Source: a virus. Taken from it: a stretch of DNA of 64,000 bases. Position numbers and translations under genes: made by a program. The notes beneath the pieces are model-generated. The model was not told the DNA's origin. It did not search any database and was given only the letters and a program-made list of their open reading frames with translations. This document shows, one piece after another, positions 1 to 9,929 of this stretch; positions within the stretch are counted from its first letter, which is position 1; each line of letters begins with the position of its first letter. The stretch lies in IMG/VR virus record IMGVR_UViG_3300009008_003296, positions 1 to 64,000 of that record; one strand, written 5' to 3'.

Positions 1-465
1 ATTGCTGCTTTTTATCTTTTTGGTAAAAATTCGGAACCTTTCTTTAAAGATTGTATTAAATGTTTTAATTTCATTTGGGAAGACCTAGGAGAGTTTAAGC
101 AAACCTCTCCATCTCCTTGTTTTGATTTAGAATACCCGGCCACCCAACACCAGCATAGCGACGAAACAATAATCAATATTATGTTATGGAAATACAAAGC
201 GACACGAAATCTAAAACCTACCCCTATTTGGTTTGACACTATCTGGCAAGGAAAAAATTCTGTACCCAATTTAGTAAACTATGCTCAAAACCCAGACTCT
301 TTTGATCGCGAAGAGAATGGGGGCAAATTTTTAAAAGAGGAACCCTCGTGGGGATATGTACCCAATAATCCCCGTGATATTTTGGCCTTCCATGGCAATA
401 AGGACCCAGAAATAATGAAATATATCTTACATGATTATATAAATAACGGAATTATGAACATATAA
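1..465 (+). CDS. 5'-truncated GT-A-like glycosyltransferase (paralog of 42690..43559)
   Basis: Frame 1 is open from base 1 (IAAFYLFGKNSEPFF...), upstream of the 181 ATG. DETIINIMLWKY...AFHGNK matches EESIANALLW...CLHGK in 42690..43559. Confidence 0.6.
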   Translation: MAAFYLFGKNSEPFFKDCIKCFNFIWEDLGEFKQTSPSPCFDLEYPATQHQHSDETIINIMLWKYKATRNLKPTPIWFDTIWQGKNSVPNLVNYAQNPDSFDREENGGKFLKEEPSWGYVPNNPRDILAFHGNKDPEIMKYILHDYINNGIMNI

Positions 466-523
466 TCAGTAACTAAAAAAAATTTTCCGAAAGAAATTAA
501 AAACATAGTGGACTACATATAAT

Positions 524-1276
524 ATGAAAAAGTACTTTTTAGTAATAGCAAGATACCAAAACGAAAAGCAAGAAATTTTTGATAATCACATCAGCCCAAT
601 CAATCAAAGATATTGTGACAAGCATGGATTTGAGTATGTGGTTATAAGGAACGATGAGCCGCTAGAATTAGTACGAGATAATCCTACGTGGTGGAAGTTT
701 ACCATTGTGCAAGATTGGATTAATCAAGGTAAACTCAAACAAGGGGATGTCTTGACTCATTTTGATGCGGACATGGTTATTGTTAAAGACGACCAACCTT
801 ACCAAACAGCCAAAAGTTTTTCTTATGCTATCGATAACGGAAACACTCATTGCATGGGGAACTATACTATAACCGTTAATGATTGGAGTATTGATTTGAT
901 TAACAGAATACTAAGCGAGGAACTATATCAAAAATGCAAAGACCTAGACCATTGGCAAAACTTTAGAGAACAGGCAGCATGGTACACATTAAGTGGCATA
1001 CTTCCACACAGTTGGGTTTCATTTTTTGACATGCCTAACTATGGGTTTCACTCTACAACTTCCCCTTACCTCCATTATTGCCTCGAAGATCTAGACCAAC
1101 ACGTTGAAGTAAGAAGGCCAGAATGGGACACAACTCTCCTAGCAGAGGAAACAAACGACGCCGTAAGCCAAGCTCTACAAAAATATAATATTGTAAAAAG
1201 TAAAAAAGAAGACACTATTGTGCGTCACTTTGCGGGAGGACAGCCGTGGAGCCCGGAGTACTTTAATATTAAATAA
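524..1276 (+). CDS. GT34 (GMA12/MNN10)-like glycosyltransferase
   Basis: YCDKHGFEY, PTWWKF, DAD (DxD) and REQAAW motifs. Confidence 0.7.
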   Translation: MKKYFLVIARYQNEKQEIFDNHISPINQRYCDKHGFEYVVIRNDEPLELVRDNPTWWKFTIVQDWINQGKLKQGDVLTHFDADMVIVKDDQPYQTAKSFSYAIDNGNTHCMGNYTITVNDWSIDLINRILSEELYQKCKDLDHWQNFREQAAWYTLSGILPHSWVSFFDMPNYGFHSTTSPYLHYCLEDLDQHVEVRRPEWDTTLLAEETNDAVSQALQKYNIVKSKKEDTIVRHFAGGQPWSPEYFNIK

Positions 1277-1281
1277 ACATT

Positions 1282-1896
1282 ATGCATTGCTTTTGCCTCC
1301 ACCACACAGATCGCCCCGACCGTAAAGATAATTTGCTTAAGGTTTTTAAGAGAGAGGGTCTAAAAGAAGTAGAATGGATAGAAGATTTTCATCCAGATAA
1401 AATAAACAAGGACAAGCTAAACCTACAGCATGATTTAAACATTAATGCTATTTCTGTTTATTTAAAACATCAGAAGTGTTACGAATTGCAGAAAAAAAAT
1501 AATTATAAAAATATCTTAATACTTGAAGATGACGTTATGATCCCTGAAGGCTTCGGGTTTATTTCTTTTTTAAACCAATGTATGGAAGATTTTGAGTCCC
1601 TCGAAGGAGACTTAATGTTTATTGGAGGCGCATTTGATATCAAGCCTCCCGCGATATACCCCAATCAAACAGTTTATACTCTACCGGGATTCAAGTCTCG
1701 TTGTGCTCACTGTTATGTGGTAAGCCACAGATGCATAGACATCATCTTGAAAAACATTAACATTATGGATGATGCGCTAGACTGGAAACTGAATAAAATT
1801 ATAGACGATAATAACCTTAAAGTATGCTACACAGAGCCCAGTATACAACAAGCCACAGTAGAAGGTTTAGATTCTTCAACCATTCAAATCAGTTAA
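1282..1896 (+). CDS. GT25-family glycosyltransferase
   Basis: RPDRK at the N-terminus, ILILEDD, AHCYVVS and ALDW. Confidence 0.75.
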   Translation: MHCFCLHHTDRPDRKDNLLKVFKREGLKEVEWIEDFHPDKINKDKLNLQHDLNINAISVYLKHQKCYELQKKNNYKNILILEDDVMIPEGFGFISFLNQCMEDFESLEGDLMFIGGAFDIKPPAIYPNQTVYTLPGFKSRCAHCYVVSHRCIDIILKNINIMDDALDWKLNKIIDDNNLKVCYTEPSIQQATVEGLDSSTIQIS

Positions 1897-1902
1897 TAAC
1901 AA

Positions 1903-2649
1903 ATGGATAAGATTTTAGTCATAGGGGATAGCTGTGAAGATAGATTTACCTATGGTTATTCTCACCGCTTATGCCCTGACACCCCAGCCCCAGTTTTTGT
2001 TCCCAACAAAGACATAATTAATTCAGGGATGGCTGGAAACGTATACGAAAACCTCAAAAGCTTTGGTTTTAAGTGCGATTTAATTACAAACTCAGAAAAA
2101 ATTGTTAAGCAGAGATATGTAGACGAAAAAACAAACCACACTTTCCTAAGAGTTGACACAAATGATAAGGTCTCTCCTATAGAATTTAATCCGTCCAAAA
2201 TTCAGCAAGAAGCGTATAAAGCTATAGTTATCGCTGACTACGGAAAGGGCTTTTTGAGCGACTTCGACATATCGCTTCTGTGTAGCCTTAACGAACATGT
2301 TTTTATAGATACTAAAAAAACAATAGGCCCTTGGTGCCGCGAAGCTTCTTTTATTAAGGTTAATAGTCCGGAATTTGAGAGATTCAAAAGCAAGATTTCA
2401 ATGGAAGAGTGGGCAAACAAGTTGATAGTCACCCTCGGAGACCAAGGGTGCATGTTTAGAAAAGAAAAGGGATTTTGTTATTACCCAGTGCATAGTGTAG
2501 ACGTATTTGACTTGTCCGGAGCCGGTGATACTTTTCAGGCAGCTTTAGTGACCAACTACCTAGACACCTTTGATATAGACTTAGCCCTTAAATATGCGAA
2601 CCTGTGCGCGTCAAGAGTTGTCCAAAGAAAAGGAGTGGTGCCCCCTTGA
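1903..2649 (+). CDS. PfkB-family heptose-7-phosphate kinase (HldE/RfaE kinase domain, HldA-like)
   Basis: ILVIGD, RLCPDTPAPV, GMAGNV, DYGKG and VFDLSGAGDTF. Confidence 0.85.
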   Translation: MDKILVIGDSCEDRFTYGYSHRLCPDTPAPVFVPNKDIINSGMAGNVYENLKSFGFKCDLITNSEKIVKQRYVDEKTNHTFLRVDTNDKVSPIEFNPSKIQQEAYKAIVIADYGKGFLSDFDISLLCSLNEHVFIDTKKTIGPWCREASFIKVNSPEFERFKSKISMEEWANKLIVTLGDQGCMFRKEKGFCYYPVHSVDVFDLSGAGDTFQAALVTNYLDTFDIDLALKYANLCASRVVQRKGVVPP

Positions 2650-2656
2650 TTATTTA

Positions 2657-3574
2657 ATGAAAAATAAATTGAAACTCGCTTTCAGCGATATGTGGGGGTT
2701 CGAGGATTACCTCTTCAACCCTCACGATAATTATTTTCTCGATCTTTTTAAAACTAAATTCGACGTAGAAATCAACCAAAACAACCCAGACCTTTTAATA
2801 TATTCAGTTTTTGGCTCCAACTACAAACATTTTTCTTGTAAAAAAATATTTTTCTCAGGTGAAAACAGAGGAGCCCCAAAAACCACAACGCCCCACTATA
2901 ACGATTCTGACGTAACCCTCTCTCATTACAACGACGAGGCCAAAGAGGTTTTTGTACCCCTATGGGTTCTCTCGGTTAATTGGTTTCAAAAAAAGCAACC
3001 AAGGCCATTACCGAGCAACCCAACATATTGCGTAGACCTTAACTTAATACAATATAAACGAGAAAGATTTCTTAAAAAATCAGAGCGTCGTAAATTTTGT
3101 GCTTTAATAAACAACGCTCCATCTGGAGATCGAATTTTGTTATTTAAAGCCTTAAGTGAGCACGCCCATATTGACAGCTTTGGATCTTTATTAAACAACA
3201 CAGGTAAACACTTAAGAGGTTCCCAGCAAGATAAAATTGACGTCTTGCACAACTACAAATTTACAGTCGCCTTTGAAAACTCTTACCACTACGGATACAA
3301 TACAGAAAAAATAATAGAACCCCTAGAGGCAGGTTGCATACCTCTTTACGACGGAGGAAAATGTGTTAAAAAATACTTTAACCCTAAAAGCTTTTTGTAC
3401 TACAAAGACTATCCATCGATGAATAGTTACATCGAAGATATTTTAAAAATTGCTCAAAACCAAGATCTTTATGAAAGCATGGTATTAGAGGCTCCTTTAA
3501 ATTTAAACAAAATAGAAAAAGACCTTGCCCCGGCTAATATTTTAAATAATATCCTAAAGGTATTAGATCTGTAA
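2657..3574 (+). CDS. GT10 alpha-1,3-fucosyltransferase-like protein
   Basis: PDLLIYSVFG, FSGEN and YKFTVAFENS...YNTEKI...AGCIP. ATG 2657 preferred over 2594 because it follows the upstream stop. Confidence 0.85.
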   Translation: MKNKLKLAFSDMWGFEDYLFNPHDNYFLDLFKTKFDVEINQNNPDLLIYSVFGSNYKHFSCKKIFFSGENRGAPKTTTPHYNDSDVTLSHYNDEAKEVFVPLWVLSVNWFQKKQPRPLPSNPTYCVDLNLIQYKRERFLKKSERRKFCALINNAPSGDRILLFKALSEHAHIDSFGSLLNNTGKHLRGSQQDKIDVLHNYKFTVAFENSYHYGYNTEKIIEPLEAGCIPLYDGGKCVKKYFNPKSFLYYKDYPSMNSYIEDILKIAQNQDLYESMVLEAPLNLNKIEKDLAPANILNNILKVLDL

Positions 3575-3604
3575 TTAAATGAAAAAAACCACCCAGAAAA
3601 AAGG

Positions 3605-4333
3605 ATGAAAGTAGCTCTAAACTTATCCGGCTTAAGCCGCACATTGAGCTACAGTTGGCTCTTTATAGATAAATATATTGCTACCCCCCTTAAAGCTGAT
3701 ATTTTCTTGCATACATGGGACATAGACCACAATAGCGCTCCCGGGCTCGCAAAAGGAACCACATCTCTAAACCCTAACTTTAATGCCCCTTCCGTTTCTC
3801 TGAAAAAAACAAAGGAAGACTACATCGTCGACGAAATAAGACCAACCTCTTATGTTATTGAACCCTTTGAAAGCTTTTCTTTAAAAGAAGAAACCCATTC
3901 TACTTTTGCTATGTATTACGGCATACAAAAGGCAAACCTTTTAAGAAAACAATACGAGAAGAGCAAAGGGATTTCTTATGATCTTATTATTCGCGCTAGA
4001 CTAGATACTTTTTTTGAAGACACAATTCCTAATAAAGATATTGAAGAAGCTTTGACTCAGGACACCCTTTTTGTTGGATGTAATCGCTCAGAAGAAGACT
4101 ACCCCCATCGCGAAACAACAGATGTTTTTGCTTTCAGCAACAGCAGCATTATGAATATTTACGCTGACACCTTTAATTTGTACGATAATGGCAACAATCG
4201 TCATTTACTAGGAGAGCAAGGGATTCACCACCAACTCGTAAGCAACCAAGTTAAAGTTAAATGGTCACACATACCATTTAAACTCCCTAGTGTGTGGAGC
4301 TCTAATGAAATAAGAGTGAACCGATACCAATGA
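3605..4333 (+). CDS. Putative glycosyltransferase-like protein
   Basis: MKVALNLSGLSR, DIFLHTW, YDLIIRARLD and DVFAF motifs, plus glycan-cluster context. Confidence 0.5.
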   Translation: MKVALNLSGLSRTLSYSWLFIDKYIATPLKADIFLHTWDIDHNSAPGLAKGTTSLNPNFNAPSVSLKKTKEDYIVDEIRPTSYVIEPFESFSLKEETHSTFAMYYGIQKANLLRKQYEKSKGISYDLIIRARLDTFFEDTIPNKDIEEALTQDTLFVGCNRSEEDYPHRETTDVFAFSNSSIMNIYADTFNLYDNGNNRHLLGEQGIHHQLVSNQVKVKWSHIPFKLPSVWSSNEIRVNRYQ

Positions 4334-6234
4334 CTAAAACAATTTACAAACCGTGGGGAAAAGAGGTATGGCTAGAGCTTAATGACAAGTATTGTTATAA
4401 AAGGATCTACATTAATGCCGGACACAAAACTAGTTACCAGTATCACCTCTATAAGCTGGAAACTAACTATATAATAGAAGGTGAAGCTGAAGTTTGGCTC
4501 GAGGACGACGAAGGCAGTGTAAAGAAAGAAAAGATGACGGAAGGTGATTTTTTTACCATCCATCCCCCCAAAAAACATCGAGTTATAGCGTTAACAGATG
4601 TGATTCTTCAAGAGGTATCCACCCCTCACGTTGACGATGTTATTCGTATCGAAGACGACTCTAAGAGAAGTGACGGAAAAATAGAGCACGAACATATTCG
4701 CCCTGCATTGTGTATTTTAACGGCGGGCTTAGGTAAAAGAATGGGAGGAATAACGGATCATGTTAACAAGGGACTGCTCCCCTTGGATAACAAAGCGCTC
4801 ATTTCACACTTGATTGAAAAAACCTCACCAGATTATGAAATTATTTTACCTTTAGGATACAAAGGAGAGTCTGTTCGAGAATATTGTGAAGCGGCTCACC
4901 CAGATAGAGATTTCATATTTGTAAACGTAGATAGATACGAAGGGGCCGGAACAGGCCCCGGCTATTCTATTTTTCAATGTCAAGAGCACCTCCAAAGGCC
5001 TTTTATTTGGGCGACCGCAGACAGCATTATAAAGAACCCATTACCCTCCCTGCATGGAGACTGGCTAGGCGTATACCCCACCGATATTCCGGAACTTTAT
5101 TCTACAGTAGATATTGAGGATGGTAAAATTATACGGTTTAAAAACAAAGAACCTAATGGTTATAAACATGCATTTATAGGGGTGGCGGGAGTGTACGATT
5201 ACAAAGCTTTTTGGAAAGAGATCGAAATTTCTAATGGCGAAATAGTAAGTGCTTACTACAATGTAGACTCTTACAAAACGATTAAACCTGAGTATTTTGA
5301 GTGGTACGACGCTGGAACTATTGACAACTACCTTAAAGCTACCAGCGCTTCAAAAAATTACAGTATTCCTAAAACCAACGGGGAGTTTTTATATAAGGTA
5401 AAAGATTTTTTTATCAAACTCTCTTCGGATAAAAAATTTATTTCTGGAAGAATTTCTCGATCTAAAAACTTAAAAGGGCTATGCCCTCCGATTGATTATG
5501 CTGGCGAACATTTATACTCTTATAAATGGATCGAAGGAAGTACCTTATATGATTGCGATTCTCAAGATATTTGGAATAATTTTTTGTCTTTTGCTGCTAA
5601 CAAGATGTGGAAGACACACGATGCTGACGCCGCTTCTTTCGAAAAGGCATGTAAAACATTTTATAACGATAAAACTCGTGAGAGATTAAATTTATTCTTC
5701 TCTAGCCGCGAGGCCCACTTTAAAGGCATACATAAAGTTAACGGGGTTGATACGGCACCTATGGAAGCCTTATTGGACTCCATAGATATGAACGAGCTTT
5801 ACCAAGGATCGCCTACAAAGCTTTTTCACGGAGACTTACAGTTTGATAATGTGATCTGTACTAATAAGAGCCAATTTTATTTGATAGACTGGAGACAAGA
5901 TTTTGGAGGGATAGACATAGGTGATACTTATTATGATTTAGCTAAGATGTATGGGGGTTTATTAATGTCTTACAAGCTAATGAAAGACTCTTTTAACTTT
6001 TCATGTTCCTCGGTCTCTTGTAGCAACATAGAGTTCAAACATAAAAGAACTAAAGCATTAAAAGAATTTCAACATGCTTATGAAAAATGGATACCCCTAA
6101 ACGGATTTTGCTTAAATAAAGTAAAAAAGATTACCGCTTTGATTTTCTTAAACATGGCTCCGCTTCACCAGAAAAAGCTTGGAGACTTGCTTTTCTTCAA
6201 ATCTAAATTAATGCTCAATGAATTACTTTCCTAA
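4330..6234 (+). CDS. Cupin + nucleotidyltransferase + APH/choline-kinase-like fusion
   Basis: KPWG...SYQYH..KLET cupin; LTAGLGKRM...NKGLLPL NTP transferase; HGDLQFDN...LIDWR...YYDLAK kinase. Confidence 0.8.
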   Translation: MTKTIYKPWGKEVWLELNDKYCYKRIYINAGHKTSYQYHLYKLETNYIIEGEAEVWLEDDEGSVKKEKMTEGDFFTIHPPKKHRVIALTDVILQEVSTPHVDDVIRIEDDSKRSDGKIEHEHIRPALCILTAGLGKRMGGITDHVNKGLLPLDNKALISHLIEKTSPDYEIILPLGYKGESVREYCEAAHPDRDFIFVNVDRYEGAGTGPGYSIFQCQEHLQRPFIWATADSIIKNPLPSLHGDWLGVYPTDIPELYSTVDIEDGKIIRFKNKEPNGYKHAFIGVAGVYDYKAFWKEIEISNGEIVSAYYNVDSYKTIKPEYFEWYDAGTIDNYLKATSASKNYSIPKTNGEFLYKVKDFFIKLSSDKKFISGRISRSKNLKGLCPPIDYAGEHLYSYKWIEGSTLYDCDSQDIWNNFLSFAANKMWKTHDADAASFEKACKTFYNDKTRERLNLFFSSREAHFKGIHKVNGVDTAPMEALLDSIDMNELYQGSPTKLFHGDLQFDNVICTNKSQFYLIDWRQDFGGIDIGDTYYDLAKMYGGLLMSYKLMKDSFNFSCSSVSCSNIEFKHKRTKALKEFQHAYEKWIPLNGFCLNKVKKITALIFLNMAPLHQKKLGDLLFFKSKLMLNELLS

Positions 6235-6862
6235 AATAGATAAAGACACAGCTCTTTATGCTTCCTTTGCGAAAAAAGCAGGGAGCAAAGGGTGTTTATT
6301 TTTTAATCCCCTATTTGCGGAGCACCACATAAATGCAATCTATAAATCTTTTTCGGTAAACAATATAGAAGAAGCTATCAAAGCTGCTAAGACACTCAAC
6401 ATTAAGGGGTTCGCTATAACGATGCCCTTTAAACAAGAAGTTCTAAAATATGTAGACGAAACGTCCGAAGAAGTTAAGAAAATTGGGGCTGCAAATACAG
6501 TTCTTAACAAAAATAATTATTTAAAAGCTTACAATACCGATTATGTGGCAGCCAAGACCATGTTGTTTAATTTTTTTGCAAAAGAGACACAAAAAAAACT
6601 ATATATCATGGGTAACGGAGGTTATTCTAAAGCTGTACAATACGCCGCAACCTTAAACGGCATTAGCTATGAAGTAATTACAAGAAGCAAATGGGATAAT
6701 ATAATTAAAATTAAAAACAGCGTTATATACAACTGTACCCCTGTAGAAAACGTTGCCACTGATCCTTCTAGTGAATTTATTGACTGCATAACCACATCTC
6801 CCACAGGTCGCCGTTTGGCTGAAATTCAATCCCAAGAGCAATTTAAGCTTTATACAGCATGA
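6218..6862 (+). CDS. Shikimate-dehydrogenase (AroE)-like oxidoreductase, short
   Basis: GFAITMPFK, IGAANT, YNTD, GNGGYS and NCTP. Confidence 0.75.
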   Translation: MNYFPKIDKDTALYASFAKKAGSKGCLFFNPLFAEHHINAIYKSFSVNNIEEAIKAAKTLNIKGFAITMPFKQEVLKYVDETSEEVKKIGAANTVLNKNNYLKAYNTDYVAAKTMLFNFFAKETQKKLYIMGNGGYSKAVQYAATLNGISYEVITRSKWDNIIKIKNSVIYNCTPVENVATDPSSEFIDCITTSPTGRRLAEIQSQEQFKLYTA

Positions 6863-7845
6863 CCAAAATTCCTAGATTTTTTATCTGCCCGGTTAGTAAA
6901 AATGTGGCTGATGCAGTTATGACTTTCTGCAAAACCCATAATACGACAATTGGGCTGATACCGTCCCGTAGACAAGTAGAGTGGGACGGGGGTTATGTAA
7001 ATAATTGGACTACACAAGCTTTTGCGCGCTACGCAAAAGAATTACCCCTAGAGCGAGATCATAGCGGCCCGGGACAAGGGTATGTAGATGATGACGGTTA
7101 TGAGTCACTAGAGCATGATTGTAAATATTTTGATTTAATCCACGTAGATCCGTGGAAAAAATATCCCTCTTACAACGAGGGTTTAAAATGGACAGTTGAT
7201 ATAATTAATTTTTGCTACCACCGCAACCGGCTACTACATTATGAGATAGGGACGGAAGAAGCCCTGCGCCCCTTCACACCTCAAGAACTCAACCAGCTGA
7301 TAGAGGATCTTAATAAACAACTAAAGCCTGAAATTTTCAAACAGATTAGATATGCTGTTATTCAGTCAGGGACCGCGCTTAAAGAAAACATTAATACAGG
7401 CGCCTACAACAAAGAGAAGCTTTCAGAAATGTTAAAAGCTCTTAAGCCATACGGACTATTAGCCAAAGAGCATAATGGGGACTACTTAGGGGGAGCCCTA
7501 GTACGCGATAAAATGAAAGTGGGATTAGATGCCATTAACATTGGGCCCGAATTTGGGTTGGTAGAGACCCAAACTTATCTTGATATTTTTAAAAAAAGCA
7601 ATACAAGCCCAGATTCTTTTTTTGATTTATTTTGGAAGTTATGTTACGACAGCAAAAGATGGACAAGGTGGGTAGATAGTAATTTTGATCCGCTTCAGAA
7701 CCGCACAAAACTTATTCAAATTTGCGGCCACTACGTATTTTCTCACCCTGTTTTTGTCAGTAAAATTAAAAAATCCTTTAAATATATAGACGAAACAATT
7801 CAAACTAATATTATTAAGCGCCTAGAAGACTACTACTATGAGTGA
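6859..7845 (+). CDS. GatZ/KbaZ-like sugar-phosphate epimerase/aldolase-fold protein
   Basis: SRRQVE.DGGY..WT, RDHSGP, IHVDP, YEIGTEE, KEHNGDY and INIGPE. Confidence 0.75.
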   Translation: MTKIPRFFICPVSKNVADAVMTFCKTHNTTIGLIPSRRQVEWDGGYVNNWTTQAFARYAKELPLERDHSGPGQGYVDDDGYESLEHDCKYFDLIHVDPWKKYPSYNEGLKWTVDIINFCYHRNRLLHYEIGTEEALRPFTPQELNQLIEDLNKQLKPEIFKQIRYAVIQSGTALKENINTGAYNKEKLSEMLKALKPYGLLAKEHNGDYLGGALVRDKMKVGLDAINIGPEFGLVETQTYLDIFKKSNTSPDSFFDLFWKLCYDSKRWTRWVDSNFDPLQNRTKLIQICGHYVFSHPVFVSKIKKSFKYIDETIQTNIIKRLEDYYYE

Positions 7846-8200
7846 CACTCGCCCTATTACTATATTTTGTGATATTGACGGTACTTTAGCCGAACACCAC
7901 CCCCCTAACATTAGTACCCATCCAGACAATTCGCTGAAAATTCTCACTGATACCATCAGCAAACTTACAGAATGGGACGCCAAAGGGTACAATATAATAT
8001 TAACAAGTGGCAGAAAAGAAGGTACCAGAGAAGCGACAGAGAGACAGTTGGCACAGGCTGGAATTTTTTACGATCAGTTGATTCTTGGTATAGGAGGGGG
8101 CATCCGTTATTTAATTAACGACAGAAAATCTGACGGGAGAGAGTCTGCCTTTGCTATTTGCCTCGAAAGGGACGAAGGAATAGGCGGTATAAATATCTAA
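7838..8200 (+). CDS. Small HAD-family phosphatase
   Basis: FCDIDGTL, LTSGR and IND. Confidence 0.75.
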   Translation: MSDTRPITIFCDIDGTLAEHHPPNISTHPDNSLKILTDTISKLTEWDAKGYNIILTSGRKEGTREATERQLAQAGIFYDQLILGIGGGIRYLINDRKSDGRESAFAICLERDEGIGGINI

Positions 8201-8209
8201 TCTTTCAAA

Positions 8210-9196
8210 ATGAAAAAAATTACCTTTTACAGTCCTCACCTAGGCCTACGAGGCACAGAGGTTACAATGTTTGATTATGCTTTTTACGGACGCAAGTTTT
8301 ATAATTGGGATGTACAAATTTTATATCATGAGGAAAACCCTAATAGCCATATAAGCGCTATACAAAAATTTCAAAAAGAATTTGACGTCTATTCAATTAC
8401 AGATCCTACGGATAACCCCTTATCCCTTAACGGCGCCATCGAAACATTTTTAGAGTCTCACCCCAGCGAGTACTTTTATATTCAAAAAGGAGGCCACAAT
8501 GACGGGCTGTGCCCCTCTAACTCTAAAACCTGTATACTGTGTTGCACGATGGTTGACCCTAAAAAAGAAAAACACGGAGATAGATACGCGTTTATTTCAG
8601 ACTGGCTTAGCCAACATTGTTCTAAAGGAGAAATCCCCGTTGTCCCAAGCATTGTGGATTTACCTGATATCCAAGAAAATCTTCGAGAAGAGTTGTCCAT
8701 CCCTAAAGATGCTATAGTTTTTGGAAGAACTGGAGGCATGGATACGTGGAATCTGCCTTTTACTAATACAGTAGTCGAACAAATTTGCCAACATACTGAT
8801 GATATATATTTTGTTTTTCAAAACACACCTAGGTTTATTGACCACCCACAGGTGATTTTTATACCACCTACCTCAGATTTAACCTACAAGGTTCAATTTA
8901 TAAATACTTGCGATGCATTCCTTCACTCTAGGTACGAAGGTGAGAGCTTTGGTGTTACATGTGGAGAATTTTCTATCAGAAACAAACCTGTTATTACGTT
9001 TCTTCACTCCTTCGAAAGAAACCATATTAACCTTCTTGCCGACAAAGGTATTTATTACGAAAATGGGGAACAATTATTTAGAATTTTATACTCTTTCAGA
9101 AACAGCTACCTCGACAAAGAAAAGGATTGGAATTGTTACAGGCAATTTCAACCTGAAAAAGTCATGCCTCAATTTAAGAAGATTTTTATAGATTAA
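8210..9196 (+). CDS. GT-B (GT4-like) glycosyltransferase
   Basis: RGTEVTMFDYA and FINTCDAFLHSRYEGESFG..CGEF...NKPVIT. Confidence 0.75.
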   Translation: MKKITFYSPHLGLRGTEVTMFDYAFYGRKFYNWDVQILYHEENPNSHISAIQKFQKEFDVYSITDPTDNPLSLNGAIETFLESHPSEYFYIQKGGHNDGLCPSNSKTCILCCTMVDPKKEKHGDRYAFISDWLSQHCSKGEIPVVPSIVDLPDIQENLREELSIPKDAIVFGRTGGMDTWNLPFTNTVVEQICQHTDDIYFVFQNTPRFIDHPQVIFIPPTSDLTYKVQFINTCDAFLHSRYEGESFGVTCGEFSIRNKPVITFLHSFERNHINLLADKGIYYENGEQLFRILYSFRNSYLDKEKDWNCYRQFQPEKVMPQFKKIFID

Positions 9197-9197
9197 A

Positions 9198-9929
9198 ATG
9201 ATAACAGTTAAAACTGACCACGAATTCTGCGTAGACCAACCGGACTACCAAATACATAACCAAGCAAAAGAACTAAAACTTAATTGTTCGGCAGGTCAAG
9301 ACAACCATAGTGATTTAGATTTAATTAATGAAACGCTTTCTCGGTTTAACAACAATCAAATTAATTGCTTGGACCTCGGGTGTGCGGGAGGGCAGTTAAT
9401 CTTAGATTACAATAAGTCTCCTAAAACTAATATCTGTATTGGCCTAGACGGTAGCTGTGGGGTCTACAAGCACCCTAATTGGGAGCACGAGAGAAGAGAT
9501 CGGGCCCTACCTACTGTTTTAAGACACGCAGACCTGACAAAACCTTTTGCTATTTTAGACGAGGGTGCTCCCGTTAAGTTTGATATCATCACATGTTGGG
9601 AAGTTATTGAACATTTTGAAGAAACTGACCTAGACATCTTTTTTACAAATGTATTGAAACACTTAAATAAAGAAGGCTTGTTTTTCGGCAGTATTGCCCT
9701 TTTCGAAGACACCCGAGATAGTGATGGTTTTCACCAAAACCATCTCAGCTATAAAGCTAACGATACTCAGTTCAAATTGCACAAAACCGTCTTCAAAGAG
9801 AAAGGGCCGTGGGATAAAATCTTATCAAACTATTTTCAAGTAGTAGATTATGACCTTCACATAAAACTAAGAAATCATTCGAATTCGTATTATTTCATGT
9901 GCCACCATAAGAGAGCCAATACTATATGA
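9198..9929 (+). CDS. Class I SAM-dependent methyltransferase
   Basis: LDLGCAGG and FDIITCWEVIEH. Confidence 0.8.
   Translation: MITVKTDHEFCVDQPDYQIHNQAKELKLNCSAGQDNHSDLDLINETLSRFNNNQINCLDLGCAGGQLILDYNKSPKTNICIGLDGSCGVYKHPNWEHERRDRALPTVLRHADLTKPFAILDEGAPVKFDIITCWEVIEHFEETDLDIFFTNVLKHLNKEGLFFGSIALFEDTRDSDGFHQNHLSYKANDTQFKLHKTVFKEKGPWDKILSNYFQVVDYDLHIKLRNHSNSYYFMCHHKRANTI

Noticed and set aside
6218-6862. Auxiliary shikimate-pathway gene aroE
   Set aside because: The protein is short and divergent, no other aro genes are present, and it sits in a sugar cluster; gene symbol withheld.
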